The translations under genes were made by a program, and so were the position numbers. Positions 1 to 10,200 of a stretch of 64,000 bases of DNA are shown here, piece by piece. Source of the DNA: a virus (taxonomy: Duplodnaviria; Caudoviricetes); the IMG/VR virus record IMGVR_UViG_3300032335_000777, positions 32,001 to 96,000 of that record; one strand, written 5' to 3'. The notes beneath the pieces were generated by a model. The model was not told the DNA's origin. It ran no database searches and saw only the letters and a list, made by a program, of their open reading frames with translations. The number at the start of each line of letters is the position of its first letter. Positions within the stretch are counted from its first letter, which is position 1.

Positions 1-1644
1 TACAGTTTGCTCTGCTCCACCTGTAGCAGAACCAGACCATTGCTTATATGTAGGAGTGCCTATCGCACTGCTAGTATTTAATGATTGATTTAGATAGTAT
101 ACAAGTCCTCCAGATACACCATTCACACCTGAGGAACCTGAGGAACCTGACGTACCTGATGTACCTGTTGTACCAGAGGTTCCTGTGGTTCCTGAACTAC
201 CACTGCTGCCAGTAGTTCCACTAGAGCCACTAGTACCACTAGTTCCACTAGTACCACTGGTTCCATCAACTCCACTTGTTCCGCTGGTTGCAGATGTTCC
301 AGAAGTACCACTAGTACTTGACGTTCCACTAGTACCGCTTGTACCCCCAGTACCATCTGTTGCAGAAGTACCACTTGTACCACTACTGCCAGATGTTCCT
401 GTACTACCACTTGTGCCTGATGTCCCTGTGGTACCAGAAGAACCACTGGTGGCACTTGTACCACTAGTACCTGACGTACCTGCTGAACCATCTGTTCCAG
501 AGCTTCCTGAAGTACCAGATGTACCTGAAGAACCAGAAGTACCGCTAGTTCCCCCCGTTCCATCAGTACCAGAAGTACCGCTTGTACCAGAAGTTCCACT
601 AGTCGCAGATGTACCAGAGGTACCTGTCGTACCACTTGTACCAGTAGTACCGCTAGTACCGCTAGTTGCAGATGTACCACTTGAACCAGACGTACCTGTA
701 CTACCGCTAGTACCAGAAGTACCTGTTGTTCCAGAAGTACCTGTTGTGCCAGACGTTCCTCCAGTACCATCTGTTCCTGATGTGCCAGTTGTACCACTGC
801 TACCGCTTGTTCCTGTAGTACCTGATGTGCCACTGGTTCCGCTTGTTCCACTTGTACCGCTACTACCAGCTGTACCACTGGTTCCTGGATAATAACCAAG
901 AATGTTTATAATGTCAGAAGCTGTTATTGGAGAAGCAGATGTAACTAGTCCTTTACCATTCACTGTAAACTTTAGAGGAGTGATGGTGTTGTATGGGTTT
1001 GGATTAACATTCTGCAATAGCAGAGTGATGTTACTTCCTGTGAATCCTGATCCAACAACATCACCAATGAAAGTTATTGGTAGTGGTGGTATAGTAACTG
1101 GTACAGGAGTGATGTTTGTAACTAAGCCTTTTGCGTTCACTGTTACAATTGGAATAGTGTTACCATTACCAAATGTTCCAGAGGCAAAGTTTACAGTGGC
1201 TAGCGTCATAGCTGCTACACCAGGACCTGAAGCTGTTGCATCTCCAGAGAGTCCAGTCATGTAATTGCCAGCTGGCTGATATGCTGTTGAATCTAATGTT
1301 CCATCACCCTTTACAAACTGTGAAGATGTTCCACCAGTGGTGATGTGTCTAGCAGCTTGTACGTTTCCTGTAAATGCTAGTGTAAAGTTTCCACCAATGG
1401 TGGTGTTTTGTATTAATGCACCACCAAGTTGTACAGGTTGGAATGGTGTAGGCTGAATCAAGCCATTTGTAAATGCGTATCCCACCCCAGCATTCTGAAA
1501 TGCTTGGTTAATCTTTATAATAATTGCCTCAAGGGTGTCATTGTTTTGTACACCTATATAAAGAAGACTCTCACCTGTGTAGAACACACAAGTGGAGTTG
1601 AGGAATAATGGGCAAGGTTCAGATCCGCAATATACTTCTGCCAT
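1..1644 (-). CDS. Tail fibre-like protein with long collagen-like (Gly-Thr-Ser)n repeat; partial, runs off the left edge of the window
   Basis: Absent from the ORF track because it has no stop in the window. ATG at 1644 ([24 protein letters not shown]...) reads open to base 1. Contains fibre-type motifs [22 protein letters not shown] and [10 protein letters not shown], then G-X-Y repeats at 124-885. Confidence 0.85.
   Translation of the reverse strand, partial: MAEVYCGSEPCPLFLNSTCVFYTGESLLYIGVQNNDTLEAIIIKINQAFQNAGVGYAFTNGLIQPTPFQPVQLGGALIQNTTIGGNFTLAFTGNVQAARHITTGGTSSQFVKGDGTLDSTAYQPAGNYMTGLSGDATASGPGVAAMTLATVNFASGTFGNGNTIPIVTVNAKGLVTNITPVPVTIPPLPITFIGDVVGSGFTGSNITLLLQNVNPNPYNTITPLKFTVNGKGLVTSASPITASDIINILGYYPGTSGTAGSSGTSGTSGTSGTSGTTGTSGSSGTTGTSGTDGTGGTSGTTGTSGTTGTSGTSGSTGTSGSSGTSATSGTSGTTGTSGTTGTSGTSATSGTSGTSGTSGTDGTGGTSGTSGSSGTSGTSGSSGTDGSAGTSGTSGTSATSGSSGTTGTSGTSGSTGTSGSSGTSGTSATDGTGGTSGTSGTSSTSGTSGTSATSGTSGVDGTSGTSGTSGTSGSSGTTGSSGSSGTTGTSGTTGTSGTSGSSGSSGVNGVSGGLVYYLNQSLNTSSAIGTPTYKQWSGSATGGAEQTV
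124..885 (-). repeat. Coding 9-bp-period repeat encoding ([12 protein letters not shown])n, about 250 residues
   Basis: Gly every third residue on the minus strand, occasionally replaced by Ala (GTSATSG). Synonymous codons are varied. Confidence 0.9.
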
Positions 1645-1668
1645 GTTTTTGTCGTCTTATGTTTTCAG

Positions 1669-1707
1669 AAAATACAAAACCTAGAGACTATTGTGCCCCT
1701 AGGTTTA
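1669..1707 (-). terminator. Probable intrinsic terminator after the 1835-aa cargo gene
   Basis: Minus strand AAACCTAGGGGC-ACAATA-GTCTCTAGGTTT followed by TGTATTTT. Confidence 0.55.
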
Positions 1708-1762
1708 GTTTATTTTCTGTAGTTATGTAAAACTAATCAATATTGAGTTATTTCTCAATACA

Positions 1763-4700
1763 TTATCGTATTCCGTAGTTACTCTGCACTCTAATACCAA
1801 GATCTTTTGCCATGTCTGGATAGAACATAGGTAGGTAACCAATCATTTGGTTTGCAAATGGGAATGTTTTTGCTAAGTACTTTATCACCTTGGTGTCTTC
1901 AACAAGTTCTTCATCACCTATTCCTAATCCATACAATTCTACAAATGAGTTTTTAACTCCTTTGAAACCATTATTCAATATAGACATTGCTGGGAATGGT
2001 CCATTCCCTACAAGGTTCAATACTGATGTTGGATTGTAGAAATAGGAAACTTCATCAGATAGTTTATCTGCAAGTCTTCTTGCATAGTTGTATTGGTTCT
2101 TCACTATAGGATCTTCCTCATCATCTGGTGCAGCAGCAGCCATTCCAAATGTAAGTGCTGCAAGAGCAAGTACGAACATTGTATCGCGAGCAAATGCATT
2201 GACATTGCTTTGGAATAAATCCATAAACATCTCTTCAGTCATTTCTAACTTTCTTCCTGTTTCGAGCTCATACTTTTCAGCTCTCTTCTCAAAAGATTGT
2301 CTCATCAATTCTGCACCACGATCATTACCTGTTATCAAACCAAGCAACCCATCAAAATTTGTAAACAAGTTATCACGAAGAACAGACATCATCATGCGTG
2401 TTCTTCCCCACTCGTAAGCATCAGAAGCTGCATTGTATTTCAGTCCACCAAATCGAACATCAACAAGTCTAGGAATCCAGTTCTTGAACACCATGAATGA
2501 TTTTCCAAGAATGTTCATGTTGATTAGTCTCACATCATCTTCAGAAAGGTTACCCATAGCATCCTTGCTAAGTTGCTGTACCTTTCTTCTCACCTCAAGA
2601 ACACTGTTAGACATTCTTTCTACACCAGGAATAACAAACTCATTATTCTCAATTGTAGCAAGTTTCATTACACCTTTTTCTTCAACTAGCTTCTTGACAG
2701 CTTCTTCAAACTTCTCGTCAAATGCTTTTCTGTCTTGAGAGCTTCCAGACCATCTACCCTTGTATTCAGGAAGTGATCTTAGATATTCTCTAGCATTTAC
2801 CACCTTACCATCAATAACAACACTGTTATTTAAGAATGCTAAGAAGTTTGCTCCTTGTACAGTTCTATCAGCACTTCGCATCATCCACATTAGGAAGTCT
2901 TGGAATCCTTCTTCTGTTGCAAAGTTTGATGAGATTTTATTTGCTGTCTTCCCTTCAACAGCAATATTAGTTGAAAGTCTTTTAGCTAGGTCTCTATTGT
3001 AGTTATCTGTTAGAGGTTGGAAGTATTCAAAAGCTTTAAAAAACTTAGCTTTGTCTTCTCCACTAAACTTGTTTATAATCACTTGAGTCTCAGCAGCAAT
3101 GAAATCGTTCTTTGTAAAATACTTACCAGAGTTAATCACTGACTGGAATGTGCCACCAAGTCCGTTAGATATAGATGAGCCAAGGTTAAATCCTAATGTT
3201 GCAATTGAGAAAGAGTTGTTAAGGTTATCAACAATCTTATTGAGTGTAACTTGTCTTCCCTCTAAGTTTTCTGGGAATACATTTATTCCAAGTTTCTTAT
3301 TGATTGTTTCTCCCCACTTACCAATCTTGAATAGGGCAGCATCAAAGTTTTGATTGTCAATGTATCTCTGACCATAGATGATTGCTTTGATCATTGAATC
3401 TAGCAACTCGTAGTTACCTTCAGTGCTTTCTGGATTGTAAATAACATCACCTGTAACAGGGTCTCTTGCCACCTTACCAAGATTGTTAGTCATGATAGTC
3501 TTCTTATTCTTCTCCACTCTAGCAATCGCTCTAATCTGACCCTCAATCTCACTTACATATTTATATTTCAATGCAGCTTCATTGTACATTGACATAGTTC
3601 TGAATAAGTCTTCACTCAACACTGCATCAAATGGTGTAGTGAAGTATCTTGGAATGGTATTGATTGGTTTACCTGTTTCTGGATCTATTTGACCATATCC
3701 AACATCACCAGCATCAATAGATATACTTCTCCAGAATCTTTCACCAACATTAAGACTCTGTCCTTTTATTGCAGCTTCTACAAGAGAGCCTTCAACATAA
3801 GGCAAGAATATTCTTTCTTTCTGTTTTGATATATATCCTAAGTCAGCGTATTCTTTATTCTTCTCAACTATATAATCGTAGAATGCTTTTGCTGGAGCAT
3901 TCTCAGGCTTGTTCAAGTTTTTCCACTCTTCAGTTTGCCATTTTTCCAATGGAAACTTTTTAACAATATCATATAAGAACCATCCTTTAGATGAGTCTGT
4001 ATTGATGCTGTATAAGCGTTCAACATCACTAATCTCTCTAGTGATATCTTTTAGTATTTGTTCAGGAGTTCCTTTTCTATTTGGTTTATTTTTAACTTTC
4101 TCAATCTCTTCATTCTTCTTTTTCTCAAGAGCTTCTGACAATTGGCTAACATCTATATTATCCTTCATCCACTTAACATCACCATCTCTAGCTGCTTTCT
4201 TAGCTTCAGTGTAGAATTCTTTTTTGAATTGATTGATTAGTTCATTGCTGTCCTTCTTCTTTATCATTGAGAAGAATTCTTTCTGACTAATACCTTTTGA
4301 TTTTGCCCAAGCTAAGTAATCATCACGAAGCTTATCAAGCTTTGCATTTTCCACTTGCGTGGCTATAGTAGCCTTACCAAAGGCCATGTTAGCCTTCTTA
4401 AAAAGAAGCTGTATAGTTTTTACCTGAAGAGTAGATGTAGATGAGAAGAACTTTGCAAGACCTTTAACAATCTTTTCTGGGCTCAATACATCATTGAAGT
4501 TCTCACGTTTTGCAAGAACATCGTTTACAAAGTTTTTATTAACCTCTGTAAGTTCAGATATGTAATCGCTAGCAACATCTGATATGTCACGTAAACTATT
4601 TCTTAGGTCTGCATCATCAACAACATCTTTCAACAAGTTGTGAATATTGATATATGAGTTGAATGCATTCTGAACACTCTCCACTTCATCAGAGAAGTTG

Positions 4701-7270
4701 TTCAGCTCTTCTTCAGAAAACTTAGTTACGTCCTCTGGATTCTCATACAGATTTCTGTATCTCTCAAGAAGCTCTTTTGCTTTCAATTCAAGAAGCTCAG
4801 CTTGTTCAATAAGAGGACGAACATCACGTTTCACTTGCAATCTTCTGATTGCCTTGAATAAGCTTTGTAGCTGATCTCTCTTAGCTTCTTTTCTATCTGG
4901 TGCAACTTTCTCTTTTGCAAATCTTTCATAAGCTGCATTCAACTTCTTAAGAAGCTCATCAAGCTTTCTGTTGTCTGTTGATTCATCCTTTGTAGGAACA
5001 GGAAGTAAGAAATCTTCTTTCTCATCAATGTCTTGAACATTGACATCACCAATCTTCACACCAGTGAGTCTTGGTAGTTCAATCACCTTACCCTCTTTAC
5101 TCTTCTTACCTCTAGAGTATTCAGCAAGAATGGGAATCATTCTTGTTTGTTTGAAGTCTTTTGCCTGCACACCATAGTTTGCAATCAAGATTTTCTTGTA
5201 TTCATCCATCTGGATGTTCCAAGATTCAATCTTATACCAAGGTACATCAGTGTATTTCTCTTGGTTAAGATTCATAAACTTCCAGTCAAGAATGTCAATC
5301 TTCCCTTCTTTGGTAATTGCCATAAAGTCAACTGTACCAGCTAGATTCTTACCATTGTATATAGCAACTTCTTTAAGGAATCTGGTTCCTTCTGGATATG
5401 ATTCAAGTCTTCTCTCAAGGTTGTCTCTTAATGTTTCATAAAAACTTTGACTACCTATTTGAGAAACATAATTATCGTTTTCTTTATTTTCTGCACGTGC
5501 AGCAGCATCTCTCAAGTATCCGTTCTCATCTACAAATAGAGAGAATGCATATTCAAGATCAGCGTGACCTTTTGTTCCCTTTTCTTTCTTAAGTTCCTTT
5601 ACAGCTGTATCGTATTCATCATCAAGAAGTTCTTGATTCTTTTGACGATTATCGTAGTATGTTTTTACAATTTCTGAAACCCTTCCTACTTCTTTACCAT
5701 CAACTATATATTTCTCTTTCCCTTCTTTTGGTTTCTCAATTCTGTTTGATAGTTCTATAACAGAGTCATACACGTTGTCTTGTTTACTCTTCTGTAGGAA
5801 TGTAGCATCTTGTTCTTCTCCAATCTGATCAGCTGTTCCAATGTCTTTACCAGAGATAATGTCAATAGTAACTTGATCAAATCCAGACTTGATGTAAAGT
5901 AGATCTTTAATCCAATCAAGAATACTTCTCCACCATGACTGAGCAGTTGCTAAATTTTCTCTAGTCTCTGCAATTCCTTCAGACTTGTTAATGATTTTCT
6001 CAACTAGCACTTTTGCAATAGCTTCTTCCTTGAGTTTGATAACATCAGGCTTACCATCCTTCTGATAGAGAGGATCGTTGCCATAAGTCTTAAACACTTG
6101 TGTAAGCATATCATATCCATTAATCTCCTTCATAAGCTTTTGGTAAAGTTTAGGATTGGTTTGTTTGATGATGGACACAGCAAAGTGCATGGCTTCTTCT
6201 GGAAGAGCCTGTGCTTCTTTTCCTTCTACAACAGAGATGAGTTGTTGCATAACTTGTGCAACACCATTAGCATCATACTTGACACCATTGACAACTATCT
6301 CCTTAACAATATTGACATTAACACCCACCTTCTCTAGGAAGTCTCTGATGATTTTTAATGTCTTAGGTGATGCGTTTGATGGTAGAGTTTCTGATTCTGA
6401 TTTTTGTAGAGATGTTCCTTGCTCACTAACAAATTGTCTAAAGCCTTGAACATCATTTTCATTTCCTAGAATGTGGATTTGTTCAGGTTCAAATACTACA
6501 TACAAATCTCTTCTAGTTATACTTTTAATACCCCCAAATTCAGGAGAAAAACTTTTTGAAGATATAATTCCACTATCATATTTATCTTCAATATTTGCTG
6601 ATTGGTAATCACTGAAAGATAAATTAGGTTTAGGATTTATTACATTAAGTAATGCATAATATAAATTACCCCCGTAATTCTTTTTTAAACTATTTTTAGA
6701 TGTTTCTGTCTCATCTTGACTAAAAAAGAAGCCTTCTCTTTTATAAAAATCATCTTTATAATTTTCAGTTTTTTTAAAATACTTTTTATTTTTTTGTGGG
6801 CTACCATGATAAACAACATCCTTCACTTTACTATTAGGAAAGATAGAGTCTAGATATTGAGAATATTGTTCTGGTGTACCAACACTAGCAAGCTCTGGAT
6901 TAGAATTGAATAGTTCCTGCACTCCTGGTTTAACAGCTGTAGGAGTTTTCTGAAGAAACAAATCTCTTTGCTCTTGTTCCATAAGAGCTTCATCACCTTT
7001 GAAGAAATCTAAATCACGCTCAAATGCTTTTTCAGCATCTTGTTGTCTTTTGAATTCCTTGTTGACAGCATCTTCGAGAGGATTGACAATAACTCTAGCC
7101 CCACCAAGACCAGAATACTGTTGTATTCTCGTTATGGCAGATGACCAGAGTTTATTCAGATAGTCAACAATTCCTTTAGCAGCATCTTGTGACATAACTG
7201 CCTGTGGATCAGGCAGCTTTCTATCAATGCTCTTCTGAATTGTTTCTCGAATTTGTATGGGACAAGGCAT
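1763..7270 (-). CDS. Large virion cargo/ejection protein (1835 aa) with ART-like, degenerate zincin and PD-(D/E)xK nuclease domains
   Basis: Lies directly after the vRNAP gene, as in crAss-like phages. Motifs: VVYHGS...GFFFS...YVVFEPEQIHILG (ART-like), LPEEAMHF...EEAIAK (zincin-like), GTVDF...ILDWK...QMDEY (RecB-type nuclease). C-terminal hydrophobic segment VLALAALTFGMAAAA. Confidence 0.75.
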   Translation of the reverse strand: MPCPIQIRETIQKSIDRKLPDPQAVMSQDAAKGIVDYLNKLWSSAITRIQQYSGLGGARVIVNPLEDAVNKEFKRQQDAEKAFERDLDFFKGDEALMEQEQRDLFLQKTPTAVKPGVQELFNSNPELASVGTPEQYSQYLDSIFPNSKVKDVVYHGSPQKNKKYFKKTENYKDDFYKREGFFFSQDETETSKNSLKKNYGGNLYYALLNVINPKPNLSFSDYQSANIEDKYDSGIISSKSFSPEFGGIKSITRRDLYVVFEPEQIHILGNENDVQGFRQFVSEQGTSLQKSESETLPSNASPKTLKIIRDFLEKVGVNVNIVKEIVVNGVKYDANGVAQVMQQLISVVEGKEAQALPEEAMHFAVSIIKQTNPKLYQKLMKEINGYDMLTQVFKTYGNDPLYQKDGKPDVIKLKEEAIAKVLVEKIINKSEGIAETRENLATAQSWWRSILDWIKDLLYIKSGFDQVTIDIISGKDIGTADQIGEEQDATFLQKSKQDNVYDSVIELSNRIEKPKEGKEKYIVDGKEVGRVSEIVKTYYDNRQKNQELLDDEYDTAVKELKKEKGTKGHADLEYAFSLFVDENGYLRDAAARAENKENDNYVSQIGSQSFYETLRDNLERRLESYPEGTRFLKEVAIYNGKNLAGTVDFMAITKEGKIDILDWKFMNLNQEKYTDVPWYKIESWNIQMDEYKKILIANYGVQAKDFKQTRMIPILAEYSRGKKSKEGKVIELPRLTGVKIGDVNVQDIDEKEDFLLPVPTKDESTDNRKLDELLKKLNAAYERFAKEKVAPDRKEAKRDQLQSLFKAIRRLQVKRDVRPLIEQAELLELKAKELLERYRNLYENPEDVTKFSEEELNNFSDEVESVQNAFNSYINIHNLLKDVVDDADLRNSLRDISDVASDYISELTEVNKNFVNDVLAKRENFNDVLSPEKIVKGLAKFFSSTSTLQVKTIQLLFKKANMAFGKATIATQVENAKLDKLRDDYLAWAKSKGISQKEFFSMIKKKDSNELINQFKKEFYTEAKKAARDGDVKWMKDNIDVSQLSEALEKKKNEEIEKVKNKPNRKGTPEQILKDITREISDVERLYSINTDSSKGWFLYDIVKKFPLEKWQTEEWKNLNKPENAPAKAFYDYIVEKNKEYADLGYISKQKERIFLPYVEGSLVEAAIKGQSLNVGERFWRSISIDAGDVGYGQIDPETGKPINTIPRYFTTPFDAVLSEDLFRTMSMYNEAALKYKYVSEIEGQIRAIARVEKNKKTIMTNNLGKVARDPVTGDVIYNPESTEGNYELLDSMIKAIIYGQRYIDNQNFDAALFKIGKWGETINKKLGINVFPENLEGRQVTLNKIVDNLNNSFSIATLGFNLGSSISNGLGGTFQSVINSGKYFTKNDFIAAETQVIINKFSGEDKAKFFKAFEYFQPLTDNYNRDLAKRLSTNIAVEGKTANKISSNFATEEGFQDFLMWMMRSADRTVQGANFLAFLNNSVVIDGKVVNAREYLRSLPEYKGRWSGSSQDRKAFDEKFEEAVKKLVEEKGVMKLATIENNEFVIPGVERMSNSVLEVRRKVQQLSKDAMGNLSEDDVRLINMNILGKSFMVFKNWIPRLVDVRFGGLKYNAASDAYEWGRTRMMMSVLRDNLFTNFDGLLGLITGNDRGAELMRQSFEKRAEKYELETGRKLEMTEEMFMDLFQSNVNAFARDTMFVLALAALTFGMAAAAPDDEEDPIVKNQYNYARRLADKLSDEVSYFYNPTSVLNLVGNGPFPAMSILNNGFKGVKNSFVELYGLGIGDEELVEDTKVIKYLAKTFPFANQMIGYLPMFYPDMAKDLGIRVQSNYGIR

Positions 7271-7272
7271 TT

Positions 7273-10200
7273 TTAACAGGTTTTTCTATACAATACAGCT
7301 TTATCAAGAATCTGTTCTTTGATTTTAGCATCTCCAACTGTTTCTTTTCCAAGATTAGTTTTTCCACTACCTAAGATTCTACCATCTAAAAGTACGAAAT
7401 ATTCGTTATTGTTATAAGTAGAAACTCTCAAAGTCCCATCTTGCAGCTCTTTTCTAATACTCACTTTGTTTTTAGTAGTTTGATCTGTCACCTCTTTACC
7501 ATTATCATAGAACATTTTTCCATCAGGTTGAATAGTGATGCTGAACTGATTCACTTTAATGATTCTTGACTTTTGTTCAACAGGAGCTGGTGTAGCAGCA
7601 ACTTCTTGACCATCTGGATAATAGAAATTTAAAGGATTGTCTGCATTGATTCCAAGATACTCAGAAGCTCTAGATATACCTACATAGAGGAGTGAGTGTT
7701 TCTCTGTGCTCACTTCTTTACCATTCATCATCAATTTTGATGAAGAACCTCTTGGTAAACTGGAAGCATCAAAAAACACATTCTTTACTGTAGACCCTTG
7801 AGATTTGTGAATTGTCACAGCATGTCCAAAGTCAATACCTTTTTCAATGAGCAAATCTTTATCAATATTTTTATGTTGTTCGTTAACATATTTTTCCATC
7901 ACTCCTGATGCAGGATTATAAATGTATGTATCTCCTAAATCAACTATTCGTAATTGCATAGAGATTCCATCTTTTACATCATAATACCTAGCCCAGTCTT
8001 TACCAGATTTAGTTCTAAGTGCAATTTGTTTTGCTTCATGCAACCTGCTCATCATTTTTGAAAGCATTTCATTATTCTTTTGGAAATCTTCTTCTGTAAG
8101 ATTTTCAAAATCAAATGAATCATTTCTAGAAAGTTGTGCATAATTCGTACTTGCAATTTCTTCAACATCGCTAAGTCCTGCATCTTGTAAAGATTTTAAC
8201 TTTTTAGAAGAAGCAACAATTGAATACAACGATCCATCTTTTCGAACATCTCGAATTGTATATCGAATACTGTTTGCTATGTTTTGTTTTTCAATTTGTT
8301 TACTTGAGTAGCCTAGATAGCCAACAACAATATCTCCTTTTTGAAGATCTCCATATCTACCCAAAGACTCTCTGATTTTAAGGTTGTAATCTTGAACTCC
8401 TTTATTAGTGTAGGATATTAGAACAGTCTCTTCAGGATTCTTTTCGAAAACTTCAGCAAGCTTTGAATTGAATTTTGATATAGGTAAGTATTCAAGTTGA
8501 TCAGTAGATGGTACTATTGGTATTTGATCATTAACATTATTTCTAACATTAGTTAACATATTCAATATTGCATCACTACTAGTTCTCTTAACCTCTGTCA
8601 ATACAACTTGGCCAGTATCTGTAAAAGCTTTTGATACAAGTTTCTTCTCTGGGTTTCTTACATCCACCTCTGGGATCTGCATTACATCACCCATGAATAT
8701 AACTTTGATATTATTTTTAGGAGCCACTTGTACTAAAGCTTCATAATCTTTAGAATTTAGCATTGACACCTCATCCAATACAATTATGTTGTTACTTAAC
8801 CCAAGTCTTCTAGCCAACTTTGCATTAATTACTGGCGTTGATTCTCCTGTTGTAGGATCATATTTAGTTGATATAGCAGAAGCTACAGTCATTGGAAGTT
8901 GTTTATTTCCAGTTTTAACTGTAGCAAAAGCTAGCTCAGCAGTTGCTGCATGGGTTGGTGCAAGGAAATTAAATTTATAATTCCTTAAATACTTTTGTAA
9001 GTATCCAATTATAGATGTCTTACCTGTACCTGCTGCACCTTGCAAAGTGATAAATTCAGAACCTGGATCTGTAGAAAAATCAATAAGTCTTTCTAATGCC
9101 TGTCTTTGACCTTCTGTAAGTTGGAAGTCAGTATCTATAGTGGTTCCCTTGTAGGTGAATTTAGGAGTTGTAGGAACATTTTTAATAGATTCATTGAACT
9201 CTGAAAGAACTCTATTCCAAACCTTATCATTAGGATCTTGAATACCAGGAGTGTTTGACTTTCCTTCATCAAAAGCTTTTGATCTATCTGCACCAATTAA
9301 ATAAGCAGTGTGATAATCTTTTGCATTTACAATAGAATCATATTTTTCAGGAGCATATTCTTTTGCTTTTTCTGCAAAATAATACCAAAGTAAATTTTTA
9401 AATCCTTTATAAGGTTTTGACAATTGCTCTTTTGTAATTCCTTTATTTTCAACAACATCAACTTCTTCTTCCACTACAGGTTCAATACCAGTAGATACTA
9501 ACTTTTCAAAGTTTTCATTAAATACAATGTTAGATGGAATAGGACCAGCATTAGCAAACATTGCTGCCATTTCTTGTCCTGAATAACCATTCAAATTAGT
9601 TTCAGAATAATCAGAAACTAAGAACTCTTTATCAGGATTATTTTTAGCATAGTCATACAATGTTTTGATTTCTGTAGTTATTTCTTCAGGAGTGCTAGAT
9701 CTTTCTACATCGTAAAACTTCTTAGTTACAATAGCATAAGACTGACCTTGAAGACCTCTAGACTGACCTTGTATAGCACCAAATTTATCTTTAGCTAATT
9801 TTGCAGCACCTGCACCATGTGTAGGAGCTTGTCCTTGAGAACCACCTTCATTTGATCCAAATACAAATATTTGATTAGGTTTCAAACTTGTAATCTTTCC
9901 AGAGTATGTTTCAGTACCAGTGGATGGTTCAATAATAGTTGGTTGCTCAATAACTGTTGGAGCAACAACTTTCTCTCCAGCAAACATTGCAATGATAGCG
10001 TTGTCTGTCAACTCTTTCTCCACTTTGAAAGTGTTGTTGTCAAACACAGAAGGTGTCATTAACTTTTTATACTCAGTTACAATTCTTGAGCTTCCATATA
10101 AGTTAACCATCTTGAACACACTAAACTCGTCAAGTGACTTACCTGATTTTCTTTGAATGGTTAATGGAACACCATCTTCACTTTTCACTTTCTTGTAGCC

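Noticed and set aside
124-885. Possible CRISPR array or DGR repeat
   Set aside because: Nine-bp coding periodicity without spacers. I saw no reverse transcriptase or TR/VR pair in the window.
123-1264. Track ORFs 123-899 (-), 185-892 (+) and 902-1264 (+)
   Set aside because: Off-frame or antisense shadows of the (GTS)n fibre gene (1-1644, minus strand). The Val/Pro/Leu repeats are artefacts of the repeat.
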